Assembly (NCBI GenBank): GCA_003695865.1 | Contig: RFGQ01000297.1 | Location: 1-27,688, forward strand | Origin: Gemmatimonadota bacterium | GTDB taxonomy: Bacteria; Gemmatimonadota; Gemmatimonadetes; Longimicrobiales; Gaopeijiaceae | DNA length: 27,688 nucleotides | Direction of reading: 5' to 3' | Shown: in pieces, positions 14,443 through 23,372 of the stretch | Layout of the letters: the number at the start of each line of letters is the position of its first letter | Numbering within the stretch: the first letter of the stretch is position 1 | Notes under the pieces: model-generated | The model's input: only the letters and a program-made list of their open reading frames with translations | Databases searched by the model: none | Told to the model about the DNA's origin: nothing | Position numbers and translations under genes: made by a program

Positions 14443-15561
14443 TCACACGGGGCGCACCGCGAGGCCGTGCAACACCCCTCCCTCCGACACACCATCGTAC
14501 AGGGCGCGCTCCGGATCAACCGGAATCTCCCTCGACCGCAGCGCTTCTTCAGCGGCGGCCTCGACGGCGGTCGTCACCTCTTCTTCGATCTGCTGGAGTC
14601 GGTCGGCAGTGACGCCTCGCTCGGCGAGGTACGCCTCGTATAGACCGATGGGGTCACGGCGCCCCCAGTGCTCGAAGAGCTCGGCGGGGAAGGTTTCGCG
14701 AGCCTCGCGCTCGTCGTGCGTGGCGTGGCCGCCCATGCGAAACGTCTCGGCCACCACGACGGCCGGTCCACCCCCGCCGCGGCACAGCTCGACGGCCGCC
14801 CGGGTGGCGGCGTACATCGCGAGCACGTTGTTGCCGTCGACCACCTTCGACGGCAGCCCGTATTGATCGGGCCAGCGCCGCAGGTCGCCGACCGTGTGGT
14901 GAGCGGCGCGGGTGCCCAGCGCAACCTGATTGTTCTGCAACACGAACACGGCGGGCAGGCGCTGCACCGCGGCAAAGTTGACCCCCTCGTGGCACTCTCC
15001 GGTTCGGGAGGCCCCGTCTCCGATGAACGTCAGCGCGACCTTCGGCTCGCCCCGCCGCTTGAAGGCGAGGGCCACGCCCGCGATGACGGGGGCGTTGGTC
15101 CCCATGTGGCTGATGGGCTGGATCACACCGCGCCCCGGATCCCCCACGTGCAGGTCTCGTCCGCCGTTGGGTCCGTCGGGCGTGGCGAGATACGCGCGGA
15201 AGAGGTCGGCCAGCGGCATACCCATCAGGTAGCACGCGGCGGCGTTGCGGATCATCGGCGTCACCACGTCGCGGCCGGGCTCGAGCGCCCTGACCGCGCC
15301 TACCGTCACCGCCTCTTCTCCGGTGCCCAGCCACGCCTTCGAGATCACCCCCTGCCGGACCCAGCGCTTGAGCGAGATGTCGTGAAGCCGCGCCGTCAGC
15401 AGATCGCGGTAGAACGAGAGCAGCGTGGCTTCGTCGAAGGATCCGACGAGCCCGGCCACCTCGGCATCGTCCTCGAGCGCGGAGCGATAGGCCCGCACGA
15501 GTTCCGGATCGGCTTCCCAATCGACGTATTCGGGGGGGTCGTAGGCCGGATAGCGGCGCAT
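14443..15561 (-). CDS. TPP-dependent 2-oxoacid dehydrogenase E1 component, alpha subunit (PdhA/BkdA-like)
   Basis: TPP motif IGDGAS...FVLQNNQ, QPISHMG, and ETFRMGGHATHD loop; 372 aa. Substrate cannot be determined. Confidence 0.9.
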   Translation of the reverse strand: MRRYPAYDPPEYVDWEADPELVRAYRSALEDDAEVAGLVGSFDEATLLSFYRDLLTARLHDISLKRWVRQGVISKAWLGTGEEAVTVGAVRALEPGRDVVTPMIRNAAACYLMGMPLADLFRAYLATPDGPNGGRDLHVGDPGRGVIQPISHMGTNAPVIAGVALAFKRRGEPKVALTFIGDGASRTGECHEGVNFAAVQRLPAVFVLQNNQVALGTRAAHHTVGDLRRWPDQYGLPSKVVDGNNVLAMYAATRAAVELCRGGGGPAVVVAETFRMGGHATHDEREARETFPAELFEHWGRRDPIGLYEAYLAERGVTADRLQQIEEEVTTAVEAAAEEALRSREIPVDPERALYDGVSEGGVLHGLAVRPV

Positions 15562-15666
15562 CAGCGTGACCGGGGTGGGACGGTGAAGGTATGGGGGGTT
15601 CGCTCCCGCCGACCCCTCGAAGCTATCGAGAGCCTGGAGCGCGAGGCAACCGCCGGTTCGGGTGCG

Positions 15667-15816
15667 CAGCGGGTGCGGGGGGGGGGCGACGTGGCTCCCG
15701 AAACGGACAAAGGCGGAGAAGCCGACGTGAAACCTCAGGGCACGAAACCAGCCCCCCAGGGTGGCCTCACGAGGCCGTCGACTCCGCCCGCCGTTTGTCC
15801 CGGAAGAGCACCGCTG
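15667..15816. other. Structured intergenic element (long irregular stem-loop) containing a G10 run
   Basis: Nested complementarity: CAGCGGGTGC/GCACCGCTG, GGACAAA/TTTGTCC, GGCGGAG/CTCCGCC, CGACG/CGTCG. G10 at 15677-15686. Confidence 0.4.
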
Positions 15817-16018
15817 ATGCGGCTCCCCTCCGTTGCCCGATGATGGAGCGAAGCGCGGTCGCGGTCACTCTCAAAACGGTACGCTTCGGAGAATCTTCAC
15901 GACTTGGCACGCGGTGAAGCAGCATCCCGGTCACCACGTCGGCCGGTGCGTTGCTCTACGGGCGGGGTGAACACAACTTTACCGCTCCAACCGACGGACC
16001 ACCTCGAGCCGGACCCCG

Positions 16019-16663
16019 ATGAACCCTCCCTCGTCCGAAGCGGGCGTGCACCCTGCGACTCGCCGCATCTCATCGACCGTCGCCCTGACGCTGCTGCGCG
16101 TCCTGCGTGCGCAGGACATCCCGGCCGAAGTGCTCGAGGACGAGGACCCGGTCGTCACGATGCCCCGCCGGCTGGGCCTCAGCGAAGTGGTCGAGCGTCA
16201 GATCCGCAATTACGAAGAGGATGTTCGCCGCGGCGTGAAGGCGACGGACCAGGAGTTCGAAGATCTGGTGAAGCTCGTCATCCGTCGCCCCGATTCCGAG
16301 GAGATCTTCCTCGAGGCCGGGCGGCGACTGGCGCTGCCCGAAGGAGGCATCCCCTACCGGGACGGCGGCAGCCGCTGGCCGGATGTCGTGGTCTATGCGC
16401 TGGCGCGGCGGCGTGCACGGCGTCTTCTCCGCCGGTTGTTCGGCCGGCGACTCGGGGGGTTCGCCGACGGCGCGTTCGCTCTCGAGGCGAGCGCCCATCT
16501 GCTCGTGCGGAGCGACCCGGGCGGCGACGCCTGCGCCCTCATGACGGGGCTGTGCCACGGGGTGCTGGAGCGTACCCTGCTGTGCCGCTGCGAGGTCGTG
16601 CACACCCTCTGCCAGGCGCGTGGCGACGAGCACTGCCGCTGGGAGGTGCGTGCGTCCGGTTAG
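16019..16663 (+). CDS. V4R (4-vinyl reductase-like) domain protein
   Basis: C-terminal ACALMTGLCHGVL...VVHTLCQARGDEHCRWEV matches the Cys pattern of V4R/HNOX-related small-ligand domains; no output domain. Confidence 0.7.
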   Translation: MNPPSSEAGVHPATRRISSTVALTLLRVLRAQDIPAEVLEDEDPVVTMPRRLGLSEVVERQIRNYEEDVRRGVKATDQEFEDLVKLVIRRPDSEEIFLEAGRRLALPEGGIPYRDGGSRWPDVVVYALARRRARRLLRRLFGRRLGGFADGAFALEASAHLLVRSDPGGDACALMTGLCHGVLERTLLCRCEVVHTLCQARGDEHCRWEVRASG

Positions 16664-16694
16664 GGGGTGCCGGGGTCGCCCCGGAAGCGGCCGT

Positions 16695-17180
16695 TCACCG
16701 GCGCAGACCCGGCGCGTTCTCGCCCAGCGAGCGATGCGCTTTGTAGATGCAGAGGTTCTGGACGAAGGCGACGCCCGCCGCGCGCGCCTCGGCGGCGACC
16801 TCGGGCGCGAAGATCCCCTCCTGGAGCCATACGACCGGCCGCTCGGGCCGGGCCAGGGCCTGCCGCGCGACCCCCGCCGCCTCTCCCGTGGGCCGGAACA
16901 CCAGCACCAGGTCGACCGGTTCGTGCACTTCGTCGAGCGAGCGCTTCACGGGACGGCCCCAGATGCGTTCGGCGTGCGGGTTCACCGGGATCACCTCGAA
17001 CCCTTTGGCCGCCAGGTACGAGGGCACCCTGCGGGCCGCTTTCGTGGGGTCCCGGGATGCGCCCACCACGGCGATGCGGCGCACCCCGCGGACGATGTCG
17101 CGCAGGGTGGCCGCGTCTGGGTTGTCGGAGTCGCCGCTCTGTGCGCGCAGACGGTCGAGGCGTACCAGGTCGTCGGACAT
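16695..17180 (-). CDS. CoA-binding protein (YccU-like)
   Basis: RIAVVGASRDPTK...YL...GFEVIPVNP...VDLVLVFRP...VWLQEGI...VQNLCI. Confidence 0.92.
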   Translation of the reverse strand: MSDDLVRLDRLRAQSGDSDNPDAATLRDIVRGVRRIAVVGASRDPTKAARRVPSYLAAKGFEVIPVNPHAERIWGRPVKRSLDEVHEPVDLVLVFRPTGEAAGVARQALARPERPVVWLQEGIFAPEVAAEARAAGVAFVQNLCIYKAHRSLGENAPGLRR

Positions 17181-17234
17181 GCTCGAAGGTAGGCGCCGGA
17201 TGCCCGACGGGCCACGGTCGTGCTGCGGCGTCGC

Positions 17235-18155
17235 TCAGACGTGCGGGGGCGGGGGGCTCGTACGTCCGGCCACGCCGTAGGCGCCCGCGACACCGCCGAC
17301 CACGAGCGCGAGGCCGAGCCACCCGACGGGCGGCAGGGTCTGGCCGAGCAGGAAGGCTGCGAGCAGCGCCGCCACGACCGGTTCCGTGGTGGTCGCGATG
17401 GCCGCACGAGTCGCTTCGATGCGACGCAATGCGTCGAAGAACAACAGGGCCGCGACGGTCATCGTGGTCACGCTGAAGACGACGAGCACGAGCCACGCCC
17501 GACCGCTGGGCGGCCCCTCGACCGGCAGTACCCCGGCCGCCCAGGCGCCACCCAGCACCAGGCAGCCTCCCACGGTGCTGAACAGGATGGTCGCCAGAGG
17601 ACCGCAGCGCGGGGACCAGTGCCGGCCGAACAGCGTGTAGGACCCGTAGGAAACTCCGCACAGGATGCCCCACAGCGGCGTGCCACCGGGCAGGTCGAGG
17701 GCACCGCCGCCCCGCACGACCAGCCACACGCCGACGATCGAAAGCCCGACCAACAGGAGCGTTCGCCGAGAGGGCCACTCGCCGAGCAGCGGCCCCGACC
17801 CGGCAACGACCACAGCGGGCGAGAGGTACATCAGGCCGACCGTCGTCGGTACGCCCACGGCTCCGGTCGAGAGCTGGAAGGTGAGCTGGAATACGCCCAC
17901 GGCCGCACCGCCCAGCAGTGTGAGATGGAGCAGCTCCCGGCCGCCGATCCTCAGCGCGGACCGGCGCCAGAGGAGAGCGACGGCGGTGAGGCTGACGGCT
18001 CCGAGTACGGGGCGGAGCAGCGCGAGGCTCTCGGGCGACATCCCCATGCGCATCAGCGCGACCGAAAAGGGCCCGGACGAGCCCCACAGGGCCGCCGCCG
18101 TGATCACCTCGAGGTATCCCAGCGCCCGCTGGCGCGCCCTGGCCTCAGGCGTCAA
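17235..18155 (-). CDS. EamA/DMT family transporter
   Basis: Ten hydrophobic segments in two EamA repeats (AALWGSSG...; LFFDALRRIEATRAAIATTTEPVVAALLA). Start placed at TTG 18155, overlapping the DUF420 stop (TTGA). Confidence 0.9.
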   Translation of the reverse strand: MTPEARARQRALGYLEVITAAALWGSSGPFSVALMRMGMSPESLALLRPVLGAVSLTAVALLWRRSALRIGGRELLHLTLLGGAAVGVFQLTFQLSTGAVGVPTTVGLMYLSPAVVVAGSGPLLGEWPSRRTLLLVGLSIVGVWLVVRGGGALDLPGGTPLWGILCGVSYGSYTLFGRHWSPRCGPLATILFSTVGGCLVLGGAWAAGVLPVEGPPSGRAWLVLVVFSVTTMTVAALLFFDALRRIEATRAAIATTTEPVVAALLAAFLLGQTLPPVGWLGLALVVGGVAGAYGVAGRTSPPPPHV

Positions 18156-18589
18156 CGGTACCCGTACACGTGGTAGAGGAGCACGTACACCGTGAGTCCC
18201 GTGAGCGAGACGTAGAGCCACATCGGGTACGTCCAGCGAGCCAGTCGCCGGTGCTCGTCGAAGCGCTCCTTGAGAGCAAGGAAGACCAGCCGGCCGACGA
18301 GGGGCACGATCAGGACCGCCAGGAACATGTGGGAGAAGAGGACTCCCAGATACACGGTGCGCGCCGGTCCCTCACCCGCGAACTCGTGCGTGCCCGTGAG
18401 CGAATAGCGAACCAGGTAGAAGACCAGGAAGAGCCCCGATGCGGCGAGCGCCCCCAACATGCAGGCACGGTGTCGCTCGATCCGCCCCGCGCGGATGAAC
18501 GCGAAACCGGCGAGCAGCAGCGTCGCGCTGGTCGCGTTCAGCCCCGCATTGACGACGGCGAGCAGGTCACCGAGGCGCTCAGCCTCCAT
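18152..18589 (-). CDS. DUF420 family membrane protein (CtaM/YozB-like cytochrome oxidase assembly factor)
   Basis: VNAGLNATS...IRAGRIERHRACML...FLVFYL...YLGVLFSHMFLA...HRRLARWTYPMWLYVSLTG..VY. Confidence 0.9.
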   Translation of the reverse strand: MEAERLGDLLAVVNAGLNATSATLLLAGFAFIRAGRIERHRACMLGALAASGLFLVFYLVRYSLTGTHEFAGEGPARTVYLGVLFSHMFLAVLIVPLVGRLVFLALKERFDEHRRLARWTYPMWLYVSLTGLTVYVLLYHVYGYR

Positions 18590-19511
18590 GCGCGCCCGCT
18601 GCGGAAGGCGTCGAAACCTGAGGAGCCTCCTCGGGCATCCGCCGCCAGGACCGGGCGCTGATCGTGACGAGGAGCGTCAGCAGCAGCGCCGCCACCAGCG
18701 TGTGGAGCGACACCGGCGGGACGGCGAGCCTGCTCGTGACCGAGAGGACGCCGAGTCCGACCTGAAGGAGCACCGCGCCAAGGGCCGCGACGGCCAGCAT
18801 GCGGTCGGCGGCGGGAGCGTGGCGGCGCACGACGTGCCAGGCGAGCGCCGCCACCAGGGCCACCACGACCAGGGCCGTGACGCGGTGCGCGAAGTGCAGC
18901 GTCACCGTGGCCGTCTCGAGGGGGGGCACCCAGCGCCCCAGGCACGTGGGCACGTCGGGGCACACGAGGCCCGCGTCGGTGTGTCGTACGGCGGCGCCCA
19001 GCACAGACTGAACGAACGTGGCGCCGGCAGCGACCACAGCGAGGCGCACCGACCCCCGATCGAGCGGGGTCCGCTCGCCGAGCCGCGGGTCGGTCGCCAC
19101 GGCCAACACCGTGGCCAGTGTGAGGAAAAGAAAGGCCAGCGTGAGGTGCGTCGTCGAGACCGCGTCGGGCAGCCTGTAGAGCACCGTGAGCCCGCCGAAC
19201 ACGGACTGCACGACCAACAGCCCGACACCGGCGAGCCCCCAGCGCCTGAGCGCCGGGCGGTCCGCCATCGGCTTCCAGCCGACGACGAGCGTCGCGATGA
19301 AGATCAACACCAGCCCGCCGGCCACCAGTCGGTGGAGGTGCTCCCAGAAGACTCCGCCCGACATCTCGGGCATCATGGTGCCGTGGCAGGTGGGCCAGTC
19401 GGGACAGGCAAGGCTCGACTCGGTGGCGTGGACCACGCTCCCCAGAAAGAGCAGCGCGAGGGTCCAGGCGACCGTGATCAGGAATCCGCGGTGGTGGTGG
19501 GTCGTAGACAT
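18579..19511 (-). CDS. ctaA: Heme A synthase (COX15/CtaA family)
   Basis: LACPDWPTCHG, FWEHLHR, second CPDVPTCLG, LHFAHR and SLHTLVA conserved Cys/His motifs; about 8 TM helices. Confidence 0.9.
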   Translation of the reverse strand: MSTTHHHRGFLITVAWTLALLFLGSVVHATESSLACPDWPTCHGTMMPEMSGGVFWEHLHRLVAGGLVLIFIATLVVGWKPMADRPALRRWGLAGVGLLVVQSVFGGLTVLYRLPDAVSTTHLTLAFLFLTLATVLAVATDPRLGERTPLDRGSVRLAVVAAGATFVQSVLGAAVRHTDAGLVCPDVPTCLGRWVPPLETATVTLHFAHRVTALVVVALVAALAWHVVRRHAPAADRMLAVAALGAVLLQVGLGVLSVTSRLAVPPVSLHTLVAALLLTLLVTISARSWRRMPEEAPQVSTPSAAGAHGG

Positions 19512-19551
19512 GCACGATGCTCGCGAATCGCATTCGGTCGTACAAGGGGTT

Positions 19552-19615
19552 TCGCCCCGTGACGCGGGGCGAGGCGTCCCCCCGGGGAGGCGGCCGCGCT
19601 ACCGCCTCCCCGGGG
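19552..19615. terminator. Tandem GC hairpins after the acyl-CoA dehydrogenase stop (terminator or mRNA-stability element)
   Basis: 14-bp perfect stem CCCCGGGGAGGCGG/CCGCCTCCCCGGGG (19580-19615) and 8-bp stem TCGCCCCG/CGGGGCGA (19552-19572); no U-tract. Confidence 0.55.
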
Positions 19616-19623
19616 CCGGCGAC

Positions 19624-21561
19624 TCAGTCGCCCGTTCCGACGGGAGCGGGTTCCGACGCGCGTCCCCCCGTGGCCTCGGCGGCCGTGGGGGCGGGCGGCG
19701 GCGCCTCGACGTCGACGATGCCCTCCTCGAGCCAGGCGAACTCACCCGACAGCGCGCGCTGGGCCACCCGGTAGGTGGACGCGTCGTGGTTGGCGAAGAG
19801 GTGGTCGAAGCGGTCCTGGATGCGCCCGCGCGAGTGCCGGCAGAAGAGATCGGCCAGCGTGAGGGGCGAGCGGTCCCCCGGGTTCTGCCGGAGCCGTTCG
19901 TGCGCCCAGAGGCAGGTGGCCGTCTGCACGAACAGCTCGGCACCGACCTCGACGAGGCGGCCGAGCACCGCCTGCCGCTTCTCGAGCCCCGGCCCGAAGC
20001 GGACCATGGCGTAGAACGTCGACCGCGCCAGCTTGCCCGCCGTGCGGTGTACGTAGCGGAGATGCTCGGCGAGTGGGCCGTACTTCGCGTAGCGCGGCCA
20101 GCGGCCCCACGAGAGCCAGCGCGAGGGGAACCACCAGAGGTAGTGGAGGCCGGCACGCAGCAGAGCGGCCAGGCGCCGCCCCGTAGGTGCGCGCGGGTCG
20201 ATCATGTCGCCCGCCACCGAAAGGTGCGTGTCCACCGCCTCGCGGGCGATGAACAGGCGCATGATCTCGCTGGATCCTTCGAAGATCAGGTTGATGCGCA
20301 TGTCGCGGAACATGCGCTCGACGGGGTAGGGCTTCTCGCCCCGGGCCCGCAGCGAGTCGGCCCGCTCGTACCCCCGGCCGCCGCGGATCTGTACCGTGTC
20401 ATCGACGATGCGCCAGCCGATCTCGCTGTTCCACATCTTGGCGATCGCAGCTTCGAGCCGGATGTCGAACTTCTTCGCGTCGGCCATCCGCGAGGTGACC
20501 TCGACGACCGATTCGAGCGCGAACGTGTGTGAGGCCATCCACCCGAGCTTCTGGGCGATCGCGTCGTGCTTGCCCACCGGCGCCCCCCACTGGACCCGCT
20601 CCGCCGCCCAGCGGCGTGAGACCTGGAGCGCACCCTTGCCCGCCGCCGCGCAGAACGCAGGCAGCGACAGACGGCCGGTGTTGAGCGTGATCAGTGCGAG
20701 CTTGAGCCCCCGACCCTCTTTCCAGAGCAGGTTCTCGCGGGGGACCTTGACGTTGTTGAAGCGCAGCACGCCGTTCGAGAGCGCGTTGAGGCCCATGAAC
20801 GAGCACTCGTGTGCGACCTCGACGCCCTCCCAGTCGGTCTCGACGATGAAGGCGCTGATCGGGCGCCGTCCGTCCGAGCCCTCGGGCGCGGGCGTGCGGG
20901 CCATCACGACGATGATCTCGGCCCGGGGGCCGTTGGTGCACCAGAGCTTCTCGCCGTTGAGAATCCAGTAGCGTCCGTCCTCCGACAGGTCGGCCGTGGT
21001 GCTCATATTCGCGGGATCCGACCCGACCTCGGGCTCGGTCAGGGCGAAGGCCGAAATGGCGCCCTTCGCCAGCCGGGGCAGGTACTTCTGCTTCTGTTCT
21101 TCGGTGCCGAAGTAGATGAGCGGCTGGGGCACCCCGATGGACTGGTGCGCCGACAGATAGGCGCCGGTCGTCGCGCAGCGGCTGCCCACGATCATGAGCG
21201 CCTTGTTGTAGGAACGCTGGCTCAGACCGAGTCCACCGTACTCGGGTGGGATCTTGATGCCGAAGGCGCCGAGCTCGGCCAGGCCCCGGAGCACGTGCTC
21301 GGGCACGTGCCGTTCGCGGTCGAAGGCGTCGCCGTCGATGTGCTCGCGGGCGAAGGCTTCGAGGCGCTCCAGGAATTCCTTAGCGCGCGCTTCCTCCTCC
21401 GGGTCGACGGCCGGGAACGGGTCGAGCAGGTCGAGCCGTAGGCGGCCGTCGAAGAGTTCGCGGGCGAAGCTGTGGTGCTCCCACTCGGTCTCCCGGGCCT
21501 GTTCGGCGACCTGTCGGGCTTCCTGCTCGGACGCGTGGGTGGCTCGATCGGCATCGGACAT
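19624..21561 (-). CDS. Acyl-CoA dehydrogenase, long VLCAD/ACAD9-like type
   Basis: SAFALTEPEVGSD, LNGEKLWCTNG, LNTGRLS, VQIRGGRGY and catalytic IFEGSSEI, plus a C-terminal extension; 645 aa. Confidence 0.95.
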   Translation of the reverse strand: MSDADRATHASEQEARQVAEQARETEWEHHSFARELFDGRLRLDLLDPFPAVDPEEEARAKEFLERLEAFAREHIDGDAFDRERHVPEHVLRGLAELGAFGIKIPPEYGGLGLSQRSYNKALMIVGSRCATTGAYLSAHQSIGVPQPLIYFGTEEQKQKYLPRLAKGAISAFALTEPEVGSDPANMSTTADLSEDGRYWILNGEKLWCTNGPRAEIIVVMARTPAPEGSDGRRPISAFIVETDWEGVEVAHECSFMGLNALSNGVLRFNNVKVPRENLLWKEGRGLKLALITLNTGRLSLPAFCAAAGKGALQVSRRWAAERVQWGAPVGKHDAIAQKLGWMASHTFALESVVEVTSRMADAKKFDIRLEAAIAKMWNSEIGWRIVDDTVQIRGGRGYERADSLRARGEKPYPVERMFRDMRINLIFEGSSEIMRLFIAREAVDTHLSVAGDMIDPRAPTGRRLAALLRAGLHYLWWFPSRWLSWGRWPRYAKYGPLAEHLRYVHRTAGKLARSTFYAMVRFGPGLEKRQAVLGRLVEVGAELFVQTATCLWAHERLRQNPGDRSPLTLADLFCRHSRGRIQDRFDHLFANHDASTYRVAQRALSGEFAWLEEGIVDVEAPPPAPTAAEATGGRASEPAPVGTGD

Positions 21562-21691
21562 CGTATCAGCTCCTTCGCGGGGCAGGCGGGAGGCCCCGAG
21601 TGCTTGGATTCGTACGGTTCAATCTAACCAATGCCCGCCGAGTCCGGGGGGTTCGCGGCGAGCCGGAGGGGCGCTCGATTCGTCGGCCTGA

Positions 21692-23017
21692 TCAACCCGC
21701 CCGGCCCAGGCGTTCGCTCTCTTCGAGGAATGCGTCGATCTCGTCGGCCCGGGCGTCGGCGTCGGCTTCGCCGATGTCCATGAGCGCGCACAGGTAGTCG
21801 GGCTGGAAGAGCAGCAGCGACAGAGCGTCGGGGCTCGCGGTCTCCCGGGTGCCGAGGCCCCGGGTGAGGAACCTGAACGTCCGCGGCAGCCGCGGCTCGA
21901 ACTGGTTGGCGAGGCGCCCGAGGTCGACGGAGGGGCGCATCACGAGCTGGCGCACGATGCGCATGCCGTCCCGCTGCTCCGGTGGCAGCTTGGCCAGCAG
22001 GCGGTTCAGGCGCTGGAGCCTGAGCGCGTCCTGATCGAGCAGATCGAGGAAGACCGAGTTCAGGAGCACGCCGATCACCTGCGCCGGTGGAGGATAGCCG
22101 CTCACGGTGGGCAGGTCGGCCTCGTCGAGTGTGCGATCGTAGCGCGTAGAGATGGCCAGGATCCGCCCTGCGCCCAGATGAAGGGCGGGTGAGAGCGGGG
22201 CGGCCAGCCGTATGCCGCCGTCGCCGTACCAGGCCTTGCCGATCCGGATGGCCGGGAAGAACAGGGGGAGCGCGGCGGACGCCATCACGTGGTCCACCGT
22301 GAGGGTGGTCTTCCGGCTGCGGCGCTGAGGCCGCTCCCATTCGTGGATGTCGGAGCCCTGGATCCAGGTGACCGACTGGCCGGTCGTGTAGGAGGACGTC
22401 GAGAGCGCCACGGCCTTCAGGCGGCCGCGCACCAGGTTGGCCTGGATGCCGGTGAGCTCGCCGTCCACCGCGTGAAGCGCCTCGCTCAGGAAGTCCCGCA
22501 ACGGGCTCGTGTCGACCAGGCCGCGCACGCGGGCCGGCCCTCCGATCCCGCCCGACAGGAGCTGGAACACCCAGCGGATCCCGATCCAGGCCAGTGACGG
22601 CGTGTCGACGCGAAACACGTCTTCGACCGTGAGCCGCTCCCAGAGGCCGCTCAGCTCGTGAACGGCCTGAGCGAAGGAGCCGTGATGCGAGGCGATGTGG
22701 GCGGCGTTGATGGCCCCCGCCGAAACACCGGTGATGATCGGCAGCTCCATGTCCGGATAGCGCCGAGCGAGACAGCGGAGTACCCCCACTTGGTAGGCGG
22801 CGCGGGCTCCGCCGCCGCCCATCACGAGGCCGAGAGGCCCCGAGGCCTCATCGGCGCCCAGGAACCCCGCCGCGGGGTCTCGCAGGGGGCTTGTTCTTCC
22901 GGTGCCGCCGTGCGGGGACCCCGCCGTTTCGGCGTGCTCGCCGCGTCCGGCTCCGCGCTCGGCCGGGCGGGGCTTCGGCCCTCTTTCGGCTTCCGAAGAA
23001 TGGGGCGTATCGGTCAT
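21692..23017 (-). CDS. Patatin-like phospholipase
   Basis: GGGGARAAYQVG oxyanion loop, GVSAG nucleophile elbow and DGG catalytic Asp. Start placed at ATG 23017 (or 23026); the 560-aa track ORF is over-extended. Confidence 0.9.
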   Translation of the reverse strand: MTDTPHSSEAERGPKPRPAERGAGRGEHAETAGSPHGGTGRTSPLRDPAAGFLGADEASGPLGLVMGGGGARAAYQVGVLRCLARRYPDMELPIITGVSAGAINAAHIASHHGSFAQAVHELSGLWERLTVEDVFRVDTPSLAWIGIRWVFQLLSGGIGGPARVRGLVDTSPLRDFLSEALHAVDGELTGIQANLVRGRLKAVALSTSSYTTGQSVTWIQGSDIHEWERPQRRSRKTTLTVDHVMASAALPLFFPAIRIGKAWYGDGGIRLAAPLSPALHLGAGRILAISTRYDRTLDEADLPTVSGYPPPAQVIGVLLNSVFLDLLDQDALRLQRLNRLLAKLPPEQRDGMRIVRQLVMRPSVDLGRLANQFEPRLPRTFRFLTRGLGTRETASPDALSLLLFQPDYLCALMDIGEADADARADEIDAFLEESERLGRAG

Positions 23018-23372
23018 ACGGTGCATCTCGGGTGCTTGAGGCGCCGGGCCGCGCTCCGATGCGCTCGAATCCCACCGACGTTCCTCTGCGTACCAGCCTG
23101 AACATAGGCGCTCCCGAGCGGTCGGGGCACGGGGTTTCACTCTCGCGGCCGATCTCACTGCCACCGCACTCGGGCGCTTGCCGGTCGGCGGCGGGGCGCG
23201 CACCTTGCGCATCTCGCCAACCCGGGTACGTCGGCGGCCGGTTCCGCAGCCTGAGGGAATCGTAGGGGGGTGGCGGGGGCCAGGCCGACGACGGCCGACG
23301 ACGTTGACGCAGGAGACGGGCCGCCAGGGGGGCGGCCCGGTACGTGTGACGAACCGAAGAGGATGGGTGGAC

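Noticed and set aside
15712-15760. Glycine or c-di-GMP riboswitch resemblance (GGAGA..GCCGA..GAAAC.CTCAGG)
   Set aside because: No room for the required P2/P3 helices and no GGGACGCAAAGC element.
15904-15920. TGGCACGCGGTGAAGC as a sigma54 promoter
   Set aside because: GG-to-GC spacing is 11 rather than the obligatory 10 and TTGC is absent. The nearby CGGCCG-N5-TTGC (15940-15954) has the right spacing but a poor -24.
21604-21632. AT-rich patch with imperfect dyads upstream of the acyl-CoA dehydrogenase
   Set aside because: Probably promoter DNA, but the symmetry is too weak to call an operator.
23194-23208. GGGCGC-N5-TTGC sigma54-like site upstream of the amidohydrolase operon
   Set aside because: Correct spacing but three mismatches to consensus; likely by chance in GC-rich DNA, and no supporting activator gene in view.
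23283-23302. Tandem GGCCGACGAC x2
   Set aside because: Only two GC-rich units and no usable -10 after the adjacent TTGACG; neither CRISPR-like nor clearly regulatory.
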